The notes below the pieces were generated by a model, which was not told the origin of the DNA, did no database searches, and saw only the letters and a program-made list of their open reading frames with translations. A stretch of DNA of 57,063 bases from IMG/VR virus record IMGVR_UViG_2061766007_002098, one strand, 5' to 3'. A program made the position numbers and the translations under genes. Numbering within the stretch: position 1 is the stretch's first letter; every line of letters starts with the position of its first letter. Source of the stretch: an uncultured virus (IMG/VR IMGVR_UViG_2061766007_002098) (Duplodnaviria; Heunggongvirae; Uroviricota; Caudoviricetes). Positions 43,028-54,224 of the stretch are shown here, one piece after another.

Positions 43028-43141
43028 GATTGAAGCAGCCACTTTTCTACGTTGTTTACAAGGTGTCACAAAATGACACCTTTTTCCGTGTCCCTCCAAC
43101 CTTGATAAATTATAAACTAGGAGCAATATCAAGGGGATAAT

Positions 43142-43597
43142 ATGTTACAGGAAGAAAGGAACGAACTTGACGCCCTGCTTCTGAAGATGCAGCGCGCAAA
43201 CAGGCGGAACCGGAAAAGGAAAGTGATTCGGGCGGACGAGATCGTCCCTCTAGGCGCCGCCGACAACGCAAGGCTATGGGAGCTTATACGCAAGTGCTGC
43301 CGTCTTGTCACTACCTGGGGCAACATCAACAGTGCCATCCGCACCGTGGCCGCGAAGGCCAACGAGCGCTTCGAGGACGCGCTGGAGGAGTGTGTCAACT
43401 CGATGTCGATGCACGTCTACACGTATTCGTGGCGCAAGTATAGGCACTCCGAAGACTGCGCCTACTGCTTCAACACGGCCATTTTCGGGTTCAAGACGTG
43501 GATATGTTCGGAGAACGGATACCACGACGGCATAGACTTCATGAAGGGCCTCGCCGCCGAAGAATCCTACGAGGGCCACAAGGTAGCTACCGCGTAA
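43142..43597 (+). CDS. putative T4 gp55-like late sigma factor
   Basis: LWELIRKCCRL...ECVNSMSMHVYTYSWRKY...AYCFNTAIFGFKTW resembles the gp55-type region 2 pattern (W..F/Y...AY....F.AF). Confidence 0.5.
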   Translation: MLQEERNELDALLLKMQRANRRNRKRKVIRADEIVPLGAADNARLWELIRKCCRLVTTWGNINSAIRTVAAKANERFEDALEECVNSMSMHVYTYSWRKYRHSEDCAYCFNTAIFGFKTWICSENGYHDGIDFMKGLAAEESYEGHKVATA

Positions 43598-43648
43598 GCC
43601 GTCAAGCCTCATTCTTTTATTCATAGGTAAAAAAAAAGAGCCCTGCCT

Positions 43649-44176
43649 ATGAAGTACTTGTCCCCAATTCCGTGCCAGTTCGTAGACCACTGCGGCGTCC
43701 CGTATAGCAACGGTAGCGTCGAGGCGTTCGTCAACGGCACTACATCGCACGCGCAGCTTTTCAACGATTCCGAAGGGGCCTCGATAATGGAGAACCCTGT
43801 AGGTCTCGACTCGCTCGGTGCGTGGCGCGGTTTCGTGAACGGGCACGACGCCATAGACTACGTTGTAAAGGACGTGAACGGGAACGTCATTTTCACGTTC
43901 GAGAACGTGAAGGTGTTGAGCGGCGAATCCGACCCGGCTATAGCCGAGGTGCTTGCCGACATCGCGCCTGAATACGACCCTACCGCTACATACGATGAAG
44001 GCGACCTATGCACCGTCGGCAACACTCTATACAGGTGCTCTCTTGAGGGCGGCATCCTTGAACCCGAGGAGTTCAATCCCGACCACTGGACCGCAACCGA
44101 CATTGCGTCGGTCATCAACGCCATGGACGAGGAGATGATGGACGCCCTGTGGAACAGAACACCGGCAGGTAGCTAG
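43649..44176 (+). CDS. tail protein: head-binding-like domain plus CBM5/12-like motif
   Basis: DHCGVPYSNGSV...NPVGLDSLG; YDPTATYDEGDLCTVGNTLYRC. Confidence 0.7.
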   Translation: MKYLSPIPCQFVDHCGVPYSNGSVEAFVNGTTSHAQLFNDSEGASIMENPVGLDSLGAWRGFVNGHDAIDYVVKDVNGNVIFTFENVKVLSGESDPAIAEVLADIAPEYDPTATYDEGDLCTVGNTLYRCSLEGGILEPEEFNPDHWTATDIASVINAMDEEMMDALWNRTPAGS

Positions 44177-44178
44177 CG

Positions 44179-44727
44179 ATGATAGGACTTGCAGAAGACA
44201 GGTTTGTCGGCATAGAGGCCACGCAGGCGCTCATTGCCAAGGTCAAGAAGGGCGACGCGGATGAACGTGCCGCCCTCGAACAGCACAAGGCCGACAACCA
44301 CAACCCGCATCATGTCACGGCGCACCAGGTCGGCGCATACACGCAGCAGGAGACCGAGGACCGTATCAACGACGCGATTTCTGGCGAGGTGGGCGGCTGG
44401 CTGGGCAACCTTACAGTGGCAGAGGTGAACGCCCTCACGGAGCACAAGAAGGGCGACAGCGCCACGCTGCTTGACTCTGGTACTGTCATGCCGGGAAACG
44501 TGGAAGTGGAGATTGGCGACGACATCATGTGGGTGGACTCGCTGGGCGTGTGGCAACCGAAGATTTCAGACCACCTTCACCACGATGAAACCCTTGTGGG
44601 CACCGGAAGCGCGAACGACCCGCTGGGTGTGAATCCCGAGACGATAGAAGATAATGTTTTACGCATGCGGTATCGCGGCGGTGGAAGGTTGAAGTTTTGG
44701 CGCACGAACCCGCTGCCGACAACGTAA
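44179..44727 (+). CDS. tail fibre-related protein
   Basis: HKADNHNPHHVTAHQVG fibre motif; TLVGTGSANDPLGV. Confidence 0.7.
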   Translation: MIGLAEDRFVGIEATQALIAKVKKGDADERAALEQHKADNHNPHHVTAHQVGAYTQQETEDRINDAISGEVGGWLGNLTVAEVNALTEHKKGDSATLLDSGTVMPGNVEVEIGDDIMWVDSLGVWQPKISDHLHHDETLVGTGSANDPLGVNPETIEDNVLRMRYRGGGRLKFWRTNPLPTT

Positions 44728-44736
44728 GGAGATATT

Positions 44737-45661
44737 ATGGCTATAACGAATCCTGTATCAGAACTCGAAGACGAGAACGGTAACATCCTCGGCATCGCGG
44801 CCAAGGGGCTTGATACGCCCATACAGATTTCGCTGACGGGAAACGTGACTGGCAGTTCGGGCAATACCGACCTGTCCGGCAACGTATCGATTCCGGCTAC
44901 AATCGCCGCCGGAGCTGTCACCGAGAGCAAGATTGCTACGGATGCCGTGACCAATTCCAAGGTCAAGGANNNNNNNNNNCATCCTCGGCATCGCGGCCAA
45001 GGGGCTTGATACGCCCGTACAGATTTCTCTGACGGGCAACGTGACTGGCAACTCGGGTAATACCGACCTTTCCGGCAACGTGTCGATTCCGGCTACAATC
45101 GCCGACGGTGCTGTCACCGAAAGCAAGATTGCTACGGATGCCGTAACCAATTCCAAGGTCAAGGATGGCGAGCTGACCAAGGCGAAGTTCAACGCGAACG
45201 TATACAACGAGGTTGACGGCACCATCGCCGACGGAACGAACTCCAACCTCGCGACGAAGACGCAGGTCAAGGCCTACGTGGAATCGGTCATCAGATCCGA
45301 AGGACACTACAAGGGCGTGCAGAGCGTCGCTACCATCAACACTTGGACGGCGGCGAATCTGCATAACGGCGACCGCGTGATTACGAGCAGCGACCCTGCT
45401 GGCTCCGGCACGGGAACGCTCTCGCTCGGAAACTTGCCTGTCGTTGACGGACAGGAAGTCACCTTCTACGTGTCCGATGACCAGAGCGTGAAGATTTGGC
45501 AGAGCTCCGAAGGCAACTACAAGATCAAGCAGGCGAACAAGAGCGACCCGACAGCATCCGGCGAGACCATCGTAGCCATCGATTCCTTTACGCAGAATAC
45601 GAACGGCGAAGTTACCGCGACGAAGAAGACTATCCGCTCCGGCACCACGTCGCAGACAGGT
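44737..45661 (+). CDS. tail fibre protein, partial
   Basis: ISLTGNVTGS; IADGAVTESKIATDAVTNSKV repeats. Confidence 0.75.
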
Positions 45662-45672
45662 NNNNNNNNNNG

Positions 45673-46526
45673 ACATTCCTTCCTGGATGAGGAACTCATT
45701 ACGGGTGCGCAGCTCGCGGACCAGATCGGCGTCTCGGGTGCAGCCATTTCGAAGGCGACAAAGAAGGGCAGGCTCGATACTTTCCGGAATTCGAAGGGTG
45801 AGAAATGTTACCACAAGGTAGTCTCTGCGCAGCAGTTCACGCTGAAAAAGGACCGCAGCAAGATTACAACGCCGACGCGCGGCCAGAAGTCCGCAGGCTA
45901 CGACAATATCGATGCGCAGGCGATGGCACACGTGCTCGAAAACGAAAATCCGCAGGCTCCGAGACCTGTCTCTGCACCTATCCAGGGTGTTGACCTTGGT
46001 GGAGTGATGCAGGAGCGCCAGCAGCTGGANNNNNNNNNNTGGCCAGAAGTCCGCAGGCTACGACAATATCGATGCCCAGGCGATGGCGCACGTTCTTGAA
46101 AACGAAAATCCTCAGGCACCGAAGCCTGTTTCTGCACCCATCCAGGGTGTTGACCTTGGTGGAGTGATGCAGGAGCGCCAGCAGCTGGAAGTGTCGAAGG
46201 CCGAAAAGGAATTCCACCTGGCTCGTGCCGCGAAATTCAAGGCGGACGAAATGGAAGGCAGGCTTGTCGACAAGCAGAGCGTCTACCTGAAGACCTACCA
46301 GATGTTCGCGATTGTCCAGGAAAAGGTCCTGAACATGTACGTTCAACTCGCTCCGAAGATCTGCGGGCTAATTCAGGAGCAACTAGGCGAGGCGGGTGTT
46401 GAATCTGAAAAGCAGCGCGTGGCCATGAAAGATGCCGTGCACGATGTCGGCGAGATTATCCGCAAGGAATCGATTGTACTGTTGAAGGCGTTCAGCGAAA
46501 AGACTCCGGAGAACTTTTTAGACTGA
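45673..46526 (+). CDS. terminase small subunit, Nu1-like (phage C; partial)
   Basis: HTH GAQLADQIGVSGAAISKA; coiled coil ending EGRLVD; coupled to the gpA-like gene. Confidence 0.8.
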
Positions 46527-48622
46527 TGGACGGGCAACTGNNNNNNNNNNNNNNNNNNNNNNNNNNNNNNNNNNNNNNNNNNNNNNNNNNNNNNNNNNNN
46601 NNNNNNNNNNNNNNNNNNNNNNNNNNNNNNNNNNNNNNNNNNNNNNNNNNNNNNNNNNNNNNNNNNNNNNNNNNNNNNNNNNNNNNNNNNNNNNNNNNNN
46701 NNNNNNNNNNNNNNNNNNNNNNNNNNNNNNNNNNNNNNNNNNNNNNNNNNNNNNNNNNNNNNNNNNNNNNNNNNNNNNNNNNNNNNNNNNNNNNNNNNNN
46801 NNNNNNNNNNNNNNNNNNNNNNNNNNNNNNNNNNNNNNNNNNNNNNNNNNNNNNNNNNNNNNNNNNNNNNNNNNNNNNNNNNNNNNNNNNNNNNNNNNNN
46901 NNNNNNNNNNNNNNNNNNNNNNNNNNNNNNNNNNNNNNNNNNNNNNNNNNNNNNNNNNNNNNNNNNNNNNNNNNNNNNNNNNNNNNNNNNNNNNNNNNNN
47001 NNNNNNNNNNNNNNNNNNNNNNNNNNNNNNNNNNNNNNNNNNNNNNNNNNNNNNNNNNNNNNNNNNNNNNNNNNNNNNNNNNNNNNNNNNNNNNNNNNNN
47101 NNNNNNNNNNNNNNNNNNNNNNNNNNNNNNNNNTGAGCGAATGCGCCTTGCGCCGACTTTCGCGGCGATGGGCATGGACAAGTATTTCACTAACGACACG
47201 GCCGGCTGCAAGGAATACCCAGGCGGGATTTTCTTTGTCGGGTCCGGAGGCTCGGCATCGCAGCTGCGCTCGAAGCCTTTGCAGGTGGTTCTTTGCGACG
47301 AAATTTCCGGATGGGTCAAGGACTGCAACGGCGAAGGCGACCCGTGCGACCTGGTGAAACGACGCACGACGAACTTTCCGCGCAAAAAGCGCTTCTGGAA
47401 CTCGACGCCGACCGTGCGAGGCGAGTGTCGCATCACCAAGAAGTTTGAACAGGGCGACCAGCGCTACTATAATGTGCCGTGCCCGCACTGTGGCGAACTC
47501 TACGTGTGGAAATTCTCAAACATGGTGTGGGACAAGGATGCCGCCGGCAACAACTTGCCATACACTGCGCGAATGAGGTGCCCGCATTGCGGTGGTGAAA
47601 CGATGGAGTGGCGCAAGACTGAACTGCTCGCGCAGGGCCAGTGGGTACCAACCAACCCGAACGGGGCATATCCAAGTTATCACTTGAGCGCATTTTACAG
47701 TCCGCTCGGGTGGTATTCCTGGGAAGAGGCGGTGACGGACTTCCTGGAAGCGAAGGGCGACCCGCAGAAGATGAAGGTGTGGACGAACAACGTCTGCGGC
47801 GAGGCGTGGGATGAGGACAACCAGGAGAGCCATGACTATTCGGAACTGGAACTGCGTCGCGAAGACTACGGCTGTGACGTTCCGGACGGTGCGGTGATAC
47901 TGACTGCAGGCGTGGATACCCAGGACGACCGTCTTGAGGTGGAAATTGTCGGCTGGGGTCGCGGGCTCGAAAGCTGGTCCATCGACTACAGGATAATTCC
48001 GGGCGACCCGGACCTCGATATTGTCTGGGATTCGCTTGATCACATCCTGGGCAACGCATACACGAAGGCGGACGGCACGCCACTCTATGTCGCTGCCGCG
48101 CTCGTGGACTCGGGTGGCCACAAGACGTCGGCAGTCTACAAGTATTGCGCAAAAAGGGAGTGGCGGCGCATTTACGCAAGCATCGGTGCGCGTGGACCGA
48201 ACCGTCCGGTCATCAGCAGGCCAGGATCGACGAAAAAATCATCTGCAGAGAATGCGAAACTCATCACCGTAGGCACGGATACTGTCAAGGACTGGTTCTT
48301 CAACGTGCTTGGTTACAACAATCCGGGGCCGGGGTACTGCCATTTTCCGGAAAAGGATGTCTATGATGGGGAACATTTCAAGCAACTCACGGCCGAAGTG
48401 AAGAAAAAGCGCATGAGTCGCGGATTCTTGACGTCTGTCTACGAAAAAATTTACGAAAGAAACGAGCCGCTGGACTGCCGCGTGTACGCCCGAGCCGCAT
48501 TGAACCTTGTCGGCATCGACGTGGACAAGATGGCGGAAACCGGGAACAGTTACACAAGGAACCCGGCCCGCAGAATTATTCCCCAGAAGGGGAGGGTCAT
48601 TAACCAGGGAGTAAAACTATGA
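46526..48622 (+). CDS. terL: lambda gpA-family terminase large subunit (large gap)
   Basis: LCDEISG, GEGDP, STPT, GDQRYYNVPCPHCG, TAGVDTQDDRLE, DSGG, RNEPLDCRVYA. Confidence 0.93.
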   Translation: MDGQLXXXXXXXXXXXXXXXXXXXXXXXXXXXXXXXXXXXXXXXXXXXXXXXXXXXXXXXXXXXXXXXXXXXXXXXXXXXXXXXXXXXXXXXXXXXXXXXXXXXXXXXXXXXXXXXXXXXXXXXXXXXXXXXXXXXXXXXXXXXXXXXXXXXXXXXXXXXXXXXXXXXXXXXXXXXXXXXXXXXXXXXXXXXXXXXXXXXXXXERMRLAPTFAAMGMDKYFTNDTAGCKEYPGGIFFVGSGGSASQLRSKPLQVVLCDEISGWVKDCNGEGDPCDLVKRRTTNFPRKKRFWNSTPTVRGECRITKKFEQGDQRYYNVPCPHCGELYVWKFSNMVWDKDAAGNNLPYTARMRCPHCGGETMEWRKTELLAQGQWVPTNPNGAYPSYHLSAFYSPLGWYSWEEAVTDFLEAKGDPQKMKVWTNNVCGEAWDEDNQESHDYSELELRREDYGCDVPDGAVILTAGVDTQDDRLEVEIVGWGRGLESWSIDYRIIPGDPDLDIVWDSLDHILGNAYTKADGTPLYVAAALVDSGGHKTSAVYKYCAKREWRRIYASIGARGPNRPVISRPGSTKKSSAENAKLITVGTDTVKDWFFNVLGYNNPGPGYCHFPEKDVYDGEHFKQLTAEVKKKRMSRGFLTSVYEKIYERNEPLDCRVYARAALNLVGIDVDKMAETGNSYTRNPARRIIPQKGRVINQGVKL

Positions 48623-49284
48623 GCACAATAAACTGCACTCCGCAGACTTTTATGAGGGAACTCCAGAAAGAAATTGCGCGTCAGGAAAAGCAGGCGCGTT
48701 TTGCGGCCGTAGGAGCATTGAACCGCGTTGCTTTCGACTCGCAGAAGGAACTGCGCGGCACTTATTCAAAGGCTTTCCACGTCAGAAACAAGACGCTTCC
48801 GCGAAAAATCGAGGTGACGAAGGCGACAAAGGACAATCTGGTTGCCACCGTGGCCCTTAATGCTCCGAAAACTGAATTTATGGAAATCCACACGACGGGC
48901 GGAACTGCCAAGCCGACTAAGAGCCGGAGCATGGCTATTCCGGACGTTTCTATCCAGGAACCCGGAAGAACGTCGACGGGTAAGATGAAACAGTCGCTGA
49001 AGGCTTCGAACCTTCTTAAGTATGCCGATTCTCACCCGACAAAGAAGCGGGCGGGAGTTGCGCAGCCTCACGCTTTCAAGATGAAGACGGGCGGTGGCGA
49101 CGTGGTTATTGCGCGAAGGAATAAAACCGACCGCTCGAAGATGGATTTTTTGTATCGCGAAGAAAAGGAAGTCAAAATCAACAAAGCGTGGCCCTTCAAG
49201 GAAATTGTGAAGAAAATCGCGGACACACGCCTGGTAAAATACTTCGAAGAGAACTTCAAGAAGGCTCTTGCCACAGCGAAATAG
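48619..49284 (+). CDS. minor tail/neck protein (gpZ-like)
   Basis: ARFAAVGALNRVA basic N-terminus typical of this family. Confidence 0.55.
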   Translation: MSTINCTPQTFMRELQKEIARQEKQARFAAVGALNRVAFDSQKELRGTYSKAFHVRNKTLPRKIEVTKATKDNLVATVALNAPKTEFMEIHTTGGTAKPTKSRSMAIPDVSIQEPGRTSTGKMKQSLKASNLLKYADSHPTKKRAGVAQPHAFKMKTGGGDVVIARRNKTDRSKMDFLYREEKEVKINKAWPFKEIVKKIADTRLVKYFEENFKKALATAK

Positions 49285-49564
49285 CCTTAAAAAAGATGTT
49301 CCAAAACGGGTGTTTTACGCTTGTANNNNNNNNNNCTCGAATCTTCTCAAGTATGCCGATTCTCACCCGACAAAGAAGCGGGCGAGAGTCGCACAGCCTC
49401 ACGCTTTCAAGATGAAGACGGGCGGTGGCGACGTTGTTATTGCTCGCAGGAACAAAACCGACCGCTCGGATATGGATTTTTTGTATCGCGAAGAAAAGGA
49501 AGTTAAAATCAACAAAGCGTGGCCCTTCAAGGAAATCGTGAAGAAAATCGCGGANNNNNNNNNN

Positions 49565-51402
49565 TGGCGCACTCATCAACTCGTTCGATACGAATGTGGT
49601 TGGCACCGGCATCAAGGCGCGACCTGCAATCGACTACGCGCTGCTCGGACTCGACCGGGAATATGCCGAAAAGTGGCAGCGCTCGGTTCAGAAACTTTTT
49701 GCCGCCTGGGCTGACACGAAGTTTTGCGACGCTGAACGAAAGAATGATTTTTACCAGTTGCAGGATCTTGCACTCAAGACCCAACTCGTGACGGGCGACT
49801 GTTTCGCCCTGATGCAGGTCAAGTATTCCGCGCAGAATCCGTTCGGGCTCCAGGTTAAACTCATGGAAGGCGACCGCTGCCAGAACCCGCGCTTCGAGCG
49901 CGAAACGGACCGGCTTTCCGCTGGCGTTGAAACAGACTCTTTCGGTGCCCCGGTTGCATATTATTTCACGAAGACGCCTCCGTATTCCATCGACGACAAC
50001 AGTTCTTTCCGCGACACGGTGCGCGTCCCTGCGTTCGATATGTTCGGCTATCTGAACGTGGTGCACGCCTTTACGAGCGACCGCACGGACCAGCGCAGGG
50101 GAATTCCTTTGCTTGCTCCGATTATTTCGCAGATAAAGCAGCAGGAACGCTACCAGGATGCAGAACTCATGGCTGCGGTTGTGAGTTCGATGTTTACAGT
50201 GTTTATAAAGAACAGCGAAGGCGAGGCCGAGGAATTCTACGGGAACGTGGAAGACCCGCAGCGCGTGGAGCCTATCGCTCCNNNNNNNNNNTGGAATCGT
50301 GGAACTAGGGCAGGGTGAGGAAGTTTCGCAGATTGCAAACCCGACGCGCCCGAATGCGAATTATCAGCCGTTTGTTGAGGCGATTTTCAGCGAGGCCGCA
50401 GCCCGTGTGGGGCTCTCGCACGAAGTTGTCCTGCGCAAGTTTAATAGCAGTTACAANNNNNNNNNNAAACAGCGCAGCCGAACTCACTCCGGGCGGCATC
50501 GTGGAACTAGGGCAGGGTGAGGAGGTTTCGCAGATTGCAAACCCGACGCGCCCGAACGCGAACTACCAGCCGTTTGTCGAGGCAATTTTCAGCGAGGCTG
50601 CAGCCCGCGTGGGGCTCTCGCACGAAGTTGTCCTGCGCAAGTTTAACAGCAGTTACAATGCCGTGCGTGCCGCCATCCTGGAAAGTCGGAAGACTTTCAA
50701 CCGCGTAAAGTATGACTTTGCGGCCGATTTCTGCCAACCNNNNNNNNNNTGCCGTGCGTGCCGCCATCCTGGAAAGTCGAAAGACTTTCAACCGCGTAAA
50801 GTATGACTTTGCGGCCGATTTTTGCCAACCGATTTATGACAAGTGGCTCACGAATGCCATCTTGACCGGCATTGTAGAGGCTCCTCCGGGATATTTCGAA
50901 AATCCCGTATTCCGTGGGCTCTACCATTCCTGCCGCTGGGAAGGCGACACGAACTTTATGCTCGACCCGTACAAGGAAACGATGGCGCTCAAGATGCAGC
51001 TTGACGANNNNNNNNNNGATTTATGACAAGTGGCTCACGAACGCCATCTTGACCGGTATCGTAGAGGCTCCTCCGGGATATTTCGAAAATCCGGTATTCC
51101 GTGGTCTCTACCATTCCTGCCGCTGGGAAGGTGACACGAACTTCATGCTCGACCCGTACAAGGAAACGATGGCGCTCAAGATGCAGCTTGACGAACAGTT
51201 GATCAGCCGCGACGATGCCTGCAACTCGCTGAACGCTTCCGAATACGACTCCGTCGCCACGAAGGTCGCCGAAGAAATGAAACTGCGCCAGTCGCTCGGG
51301 CTGCCTGAACCTGGTGCCGTAAGCCGCAGCGAGAATACTTCGGTCCAGGAACTTGCGGACGATACCAAGAGTTCCGAGACGGGAGAAGAAAAAGAAAAGT
51401 AG
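49565..51402 (+). CDS. lambda-family portal protein (fragmented)
   Basis: VVGTGI, GVETDSFGAPVAY, DQRRGIPLLAP, SSYNAVRAAILE, LDPYKE. Confidence 0.92.
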
Positions 51403-51461
51403 TCGAAAAAAAGATGTTTCAAAATCGTTATTTAAATGTTTAAACGTGCTTATTTTGTGAT

Positions 51462-53220
51462 ATGAAAATGAAATCTGGAAAAAAGAATTTTTCGTCGCTT
51501 TTCGGGACTCGCTGGGCTATCCGCCGCGAGGCTGCCGAAACTTTCGCCAGCACTGGCGACTGGTGGGGCGAATTCAAGGATGATGGCGAGGTTGACCAGA
51601 AGAACAACGTGACCCGTCGTGAAGACGGCATTGCCGTCATTCACATCGACGGTCCGCTATCTTACCGCAGTGACGTGTGGACCGCAATTTTCGGGATGGA
51701 TACTTACGATTCCATCGCCGCTGCCGTTGACGAATGCCTTGAAGACACGGATGTTCTCGGGATTGTCCTTGACATCAACAGCCCCGGTGGCGAGGTGAAC
51801 GGCGTTGCCGACCTTGCCGACAAGATTTTCAATGCACGCGACTCGAAACCCTACGGCATCGTTGCCCGCACGGGTGGCTTGATGTGTTCTGCCGCCTACT
51901 GGATTGGTAGTTCTGCCGAAATGGTTTTCTCCGCTCCGAACGGCACGATCGGCTCTATCGGTGTGCTGTGCANNNNNNNNNNTTCTTACCGAAGCGACGT
52001 GTGGACGGCGGTTTTTGGCATGGATACTTACGATTCTATCGCTGCTGCCGTTGACGAATGCCTTGAAGACCCGGATGTTCTCGGGATTGTCCTTGACATC
52101 AACAGCCCCGGTGGCGAGGTGAACGGCGTTGCCGACCTTGCTGACAAGATTTTCAATGCACGCGACTCGAAGCCCTACGGCATCGTTGCCCGCACGGGTG
52201 GCCTGATGTGTTCTGCCGCCTANNNNNNNNNNGGACTTGAGCCCGAACAAAGCGCCGACCCCGGATACCGAGGAAGGCCTTTCGCAGATTAAGAAGGAAT
52301 TGAACGACTTGGCCGCTGTATTTATTTCGGCTGTCGCTCGGAACCGCGCAACGGATTTCGAGACGGTGCTGACNNNNNNNNNNTGACTTGAGCCCGAATA
52401 AGGCTCCGAATCCGGATACCGAGGAAGGCCTTTCGCAGATTAAAAAGGAATTGAACGACCTGGCCGCTGTTTTCATTTCGGCTGTCGCTCGGAACCGCGC
52501 AACGGATTTCGAGACGGTGCTGACGGAATACGGCCAGGGCGGCGTGTTTATTGGCCAGAAGGCCGTGGATGCCGGCCTTGCCGATGGTGTCGCCAGCATC
52601 GATGAAATTTGCGAAAACATGAAATCTTTCAAATATAAGGAGGCCACAATGGCTGAAAAGAACTCCGCTCCGAAGGCGGGAAAAGAAGAGGTGGATGTCG
52701 AGGCTCTGAAAAAGCAGGCCGTGGCAGACTACCTGAAACGCGCCGAGGACGTGAAGTCTGTCTTTGCGGGCCTCGAAGCTGACGAAAGCCTCGTGAAGGC
52801 GTTCATTGACGACGAAACCAANNNNNNNNNNCCTGAAAAAGCAGGCCGTGGCGGACTACCTGAAACGCGCCGAGGACGTGAAGTCTGTCTTTGCGGGTCT
52901 CGAAGCTGACGAAAGCCTCGTGAAGGCGTTCATTGACGACGAAACCAAGACTGTCGCCGATGCCGAGCACGAAGCGCTTGCAATGGCGAAGAAGCAAATC
53001 GGAGTCATGCAGGAAACGCACAAGGCTGCCATCGCCGCCAAGGACGCTGAAATTGCCAAGGCGAAGAGCGAAAGTGGCTTGAGTGAGGAACAGAAGAAGG
53101 CTATCCAGCAGGGAATTGAAGCCGGTGCTGCCGCGCAAAATTCCGTGCAGGGCGGTGGCATTTCTGGCGAAGCCGATGCCGAACGCAAGCGCTTGAGCGA
53201 AGCCTTCTCCAAGGGCTTCA
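51462..53220 (+). CDS. S49 prohead protease with in-frame C-terminal scaffold (fragmented)
   Basis: LDINSPGGEV, MCSAAYWIGS, GSIGV, AVDAGLADGV; internal AAGGAGG-ATG at 52649. Confidence 0.88.
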
Positions 53221-53310
53221 ANNNNNNNNNNTGCTTCGGTCGGCTTCGCCTCCTGTTGCACAGGATCCGGTTCACCAGGCCGCAGCACGGTTGTAAAGTC
53301 NNNNNNNNNN

Positions 53311-53556
53311 GTTCTTGCGGAAAGCCTTGACCATCAGCGCAAGCTGCGAACCCGCACCATACAGGGCGTCAGCCTGTTCGTCGCTGGTGATAAGGGTAAG
53401 AGAACCGTCTTCATCCATCTTGGACGCCAACGGCTGGCCGATAATCAGGTTTTTCCACGGCATCGCGCCGGACTTGGCGGACATGGAGCCGCCGAATTCG
53501 GTTGCGAAAATCGGGACAAGATTATCAGCAGGAATCTGTTCAAAAGAAATACTCAT
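53311..53556 (-). CDS. tail sheath N-terminus (Mu gpL-like), partial
   Basis: MSISFEQIPADNLVPIFATEF...LIIGQ...LYGAGSQLALM. Confidence 0.8.
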
Positions 53557-54224
53557 TCTTCGTTCCCTGCGGAATTATCCGCCGTTTCGGCTTCGGTCGG
53601 ATTCGTTTCCTGTTGCACAGGATCCGGTTCACCAGGCCGCAGCACTGTTGTAAAGTCCATCGACTGACTACCAGTTTTAACTGTATTGTTCGCTCGCATA
53701 AATTCTTTCGTAGCGGCCGTCCGGTCGATTTTCGCCGTAAACGAGACCTCGAAAGTTAGCGTTGCCGCACCCCTGGAAGCCTCGGACCGCGCAGAAAGAT
53801 TATTCGAGTACGAACGCAAGACACACCTGCTTACAAGTCCTTGATAGGGCCCGTTCCAATACGGGCAAGGCTCTATGACCGCAGCGACAGCGTGCATGGT
53901 GTCGTCGAGAAAATCATTCAAGTCGGCAATCGAACCCACGCCTTCGACATTGTTTTCGCCACTCAAAAAACAGCGGGAATAGATGTCGATGCGCAGTTCC
54001 GATTTACAGAAATAAAAACGGGGACTCGTGTTCTTGTCATCAAAGTCAATGTCAGGAACATTGACGATGATGAAGGATTCCTCTTCGGGCCAGGCCTTCA
54101 TTTCACGCGATGCGGAAACGTTAGAGCCAATTCCGGAAAGTTCCGCAGCCTTCAGGGAATCAACGACCGCGTGGCGAAAGTCCTTGATACAATTCAAAGT
54201 CCTCACCGCGACGCTCACTTGCAT
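53553..54224 (-). CDS. tail completion/terminator protein
   Basis: Lies between the head-tail joining and sheath genes; FRHAVVDSL...LNDFLDD. Confidence 0.6.
   Translation of the reverse strand: MQVSVAVRTLNCIKDFRHAVVDSLKAAELSGIGSNVSASREMKAWPEEESFIIVNVPDIDFDDKNTSPRFYFCKSELRIDIYSRCFLSGENNVEGVGSIADLNDFLDDTMHAVAAVIEPCPYWNGPYQGLVSRCVLRSYSNNLSARSEASRGAATLTFEVSFTAKIDRTAATKEFMRANNTVKTGSQSMDFTTVLRPGEPDPVQQETNPTEAETADNSAGNEE

Larger units (their letters stand above)
15817..43624 (+). promoter_or_regulatory. dispersed TTTATTCAT(AG) motif, 15 copies; putative phage late promoter
   Basis: Starts at 15817, 16644, 17232, 19453, 19723, 21649, 22949, 25058, 29186, 31781, 31825, 34342, 37370, 39011, 43616; all intergenic, on the + strand, upstream of late genes. 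Confidence 0.8.

Noticed and set aside
4613..43144. Recurrent GGGGATA(A) just before several ATGs as a special regulatory motif
   Set aside because: Its spacing fits an ordinary Shine-Dalgarno variant
15694..43854. Minus-strand ORFs containing MNK
   Set aside because: ATGAATAAA is simply the reverse complement of the late motif; these ORFs are short, unrelated and overlap real genes
45041..46099. Tail fibre-HTH fusion ORF
   Set aside because: Chimera across the N gap joining phage B fibre and phage C TerS
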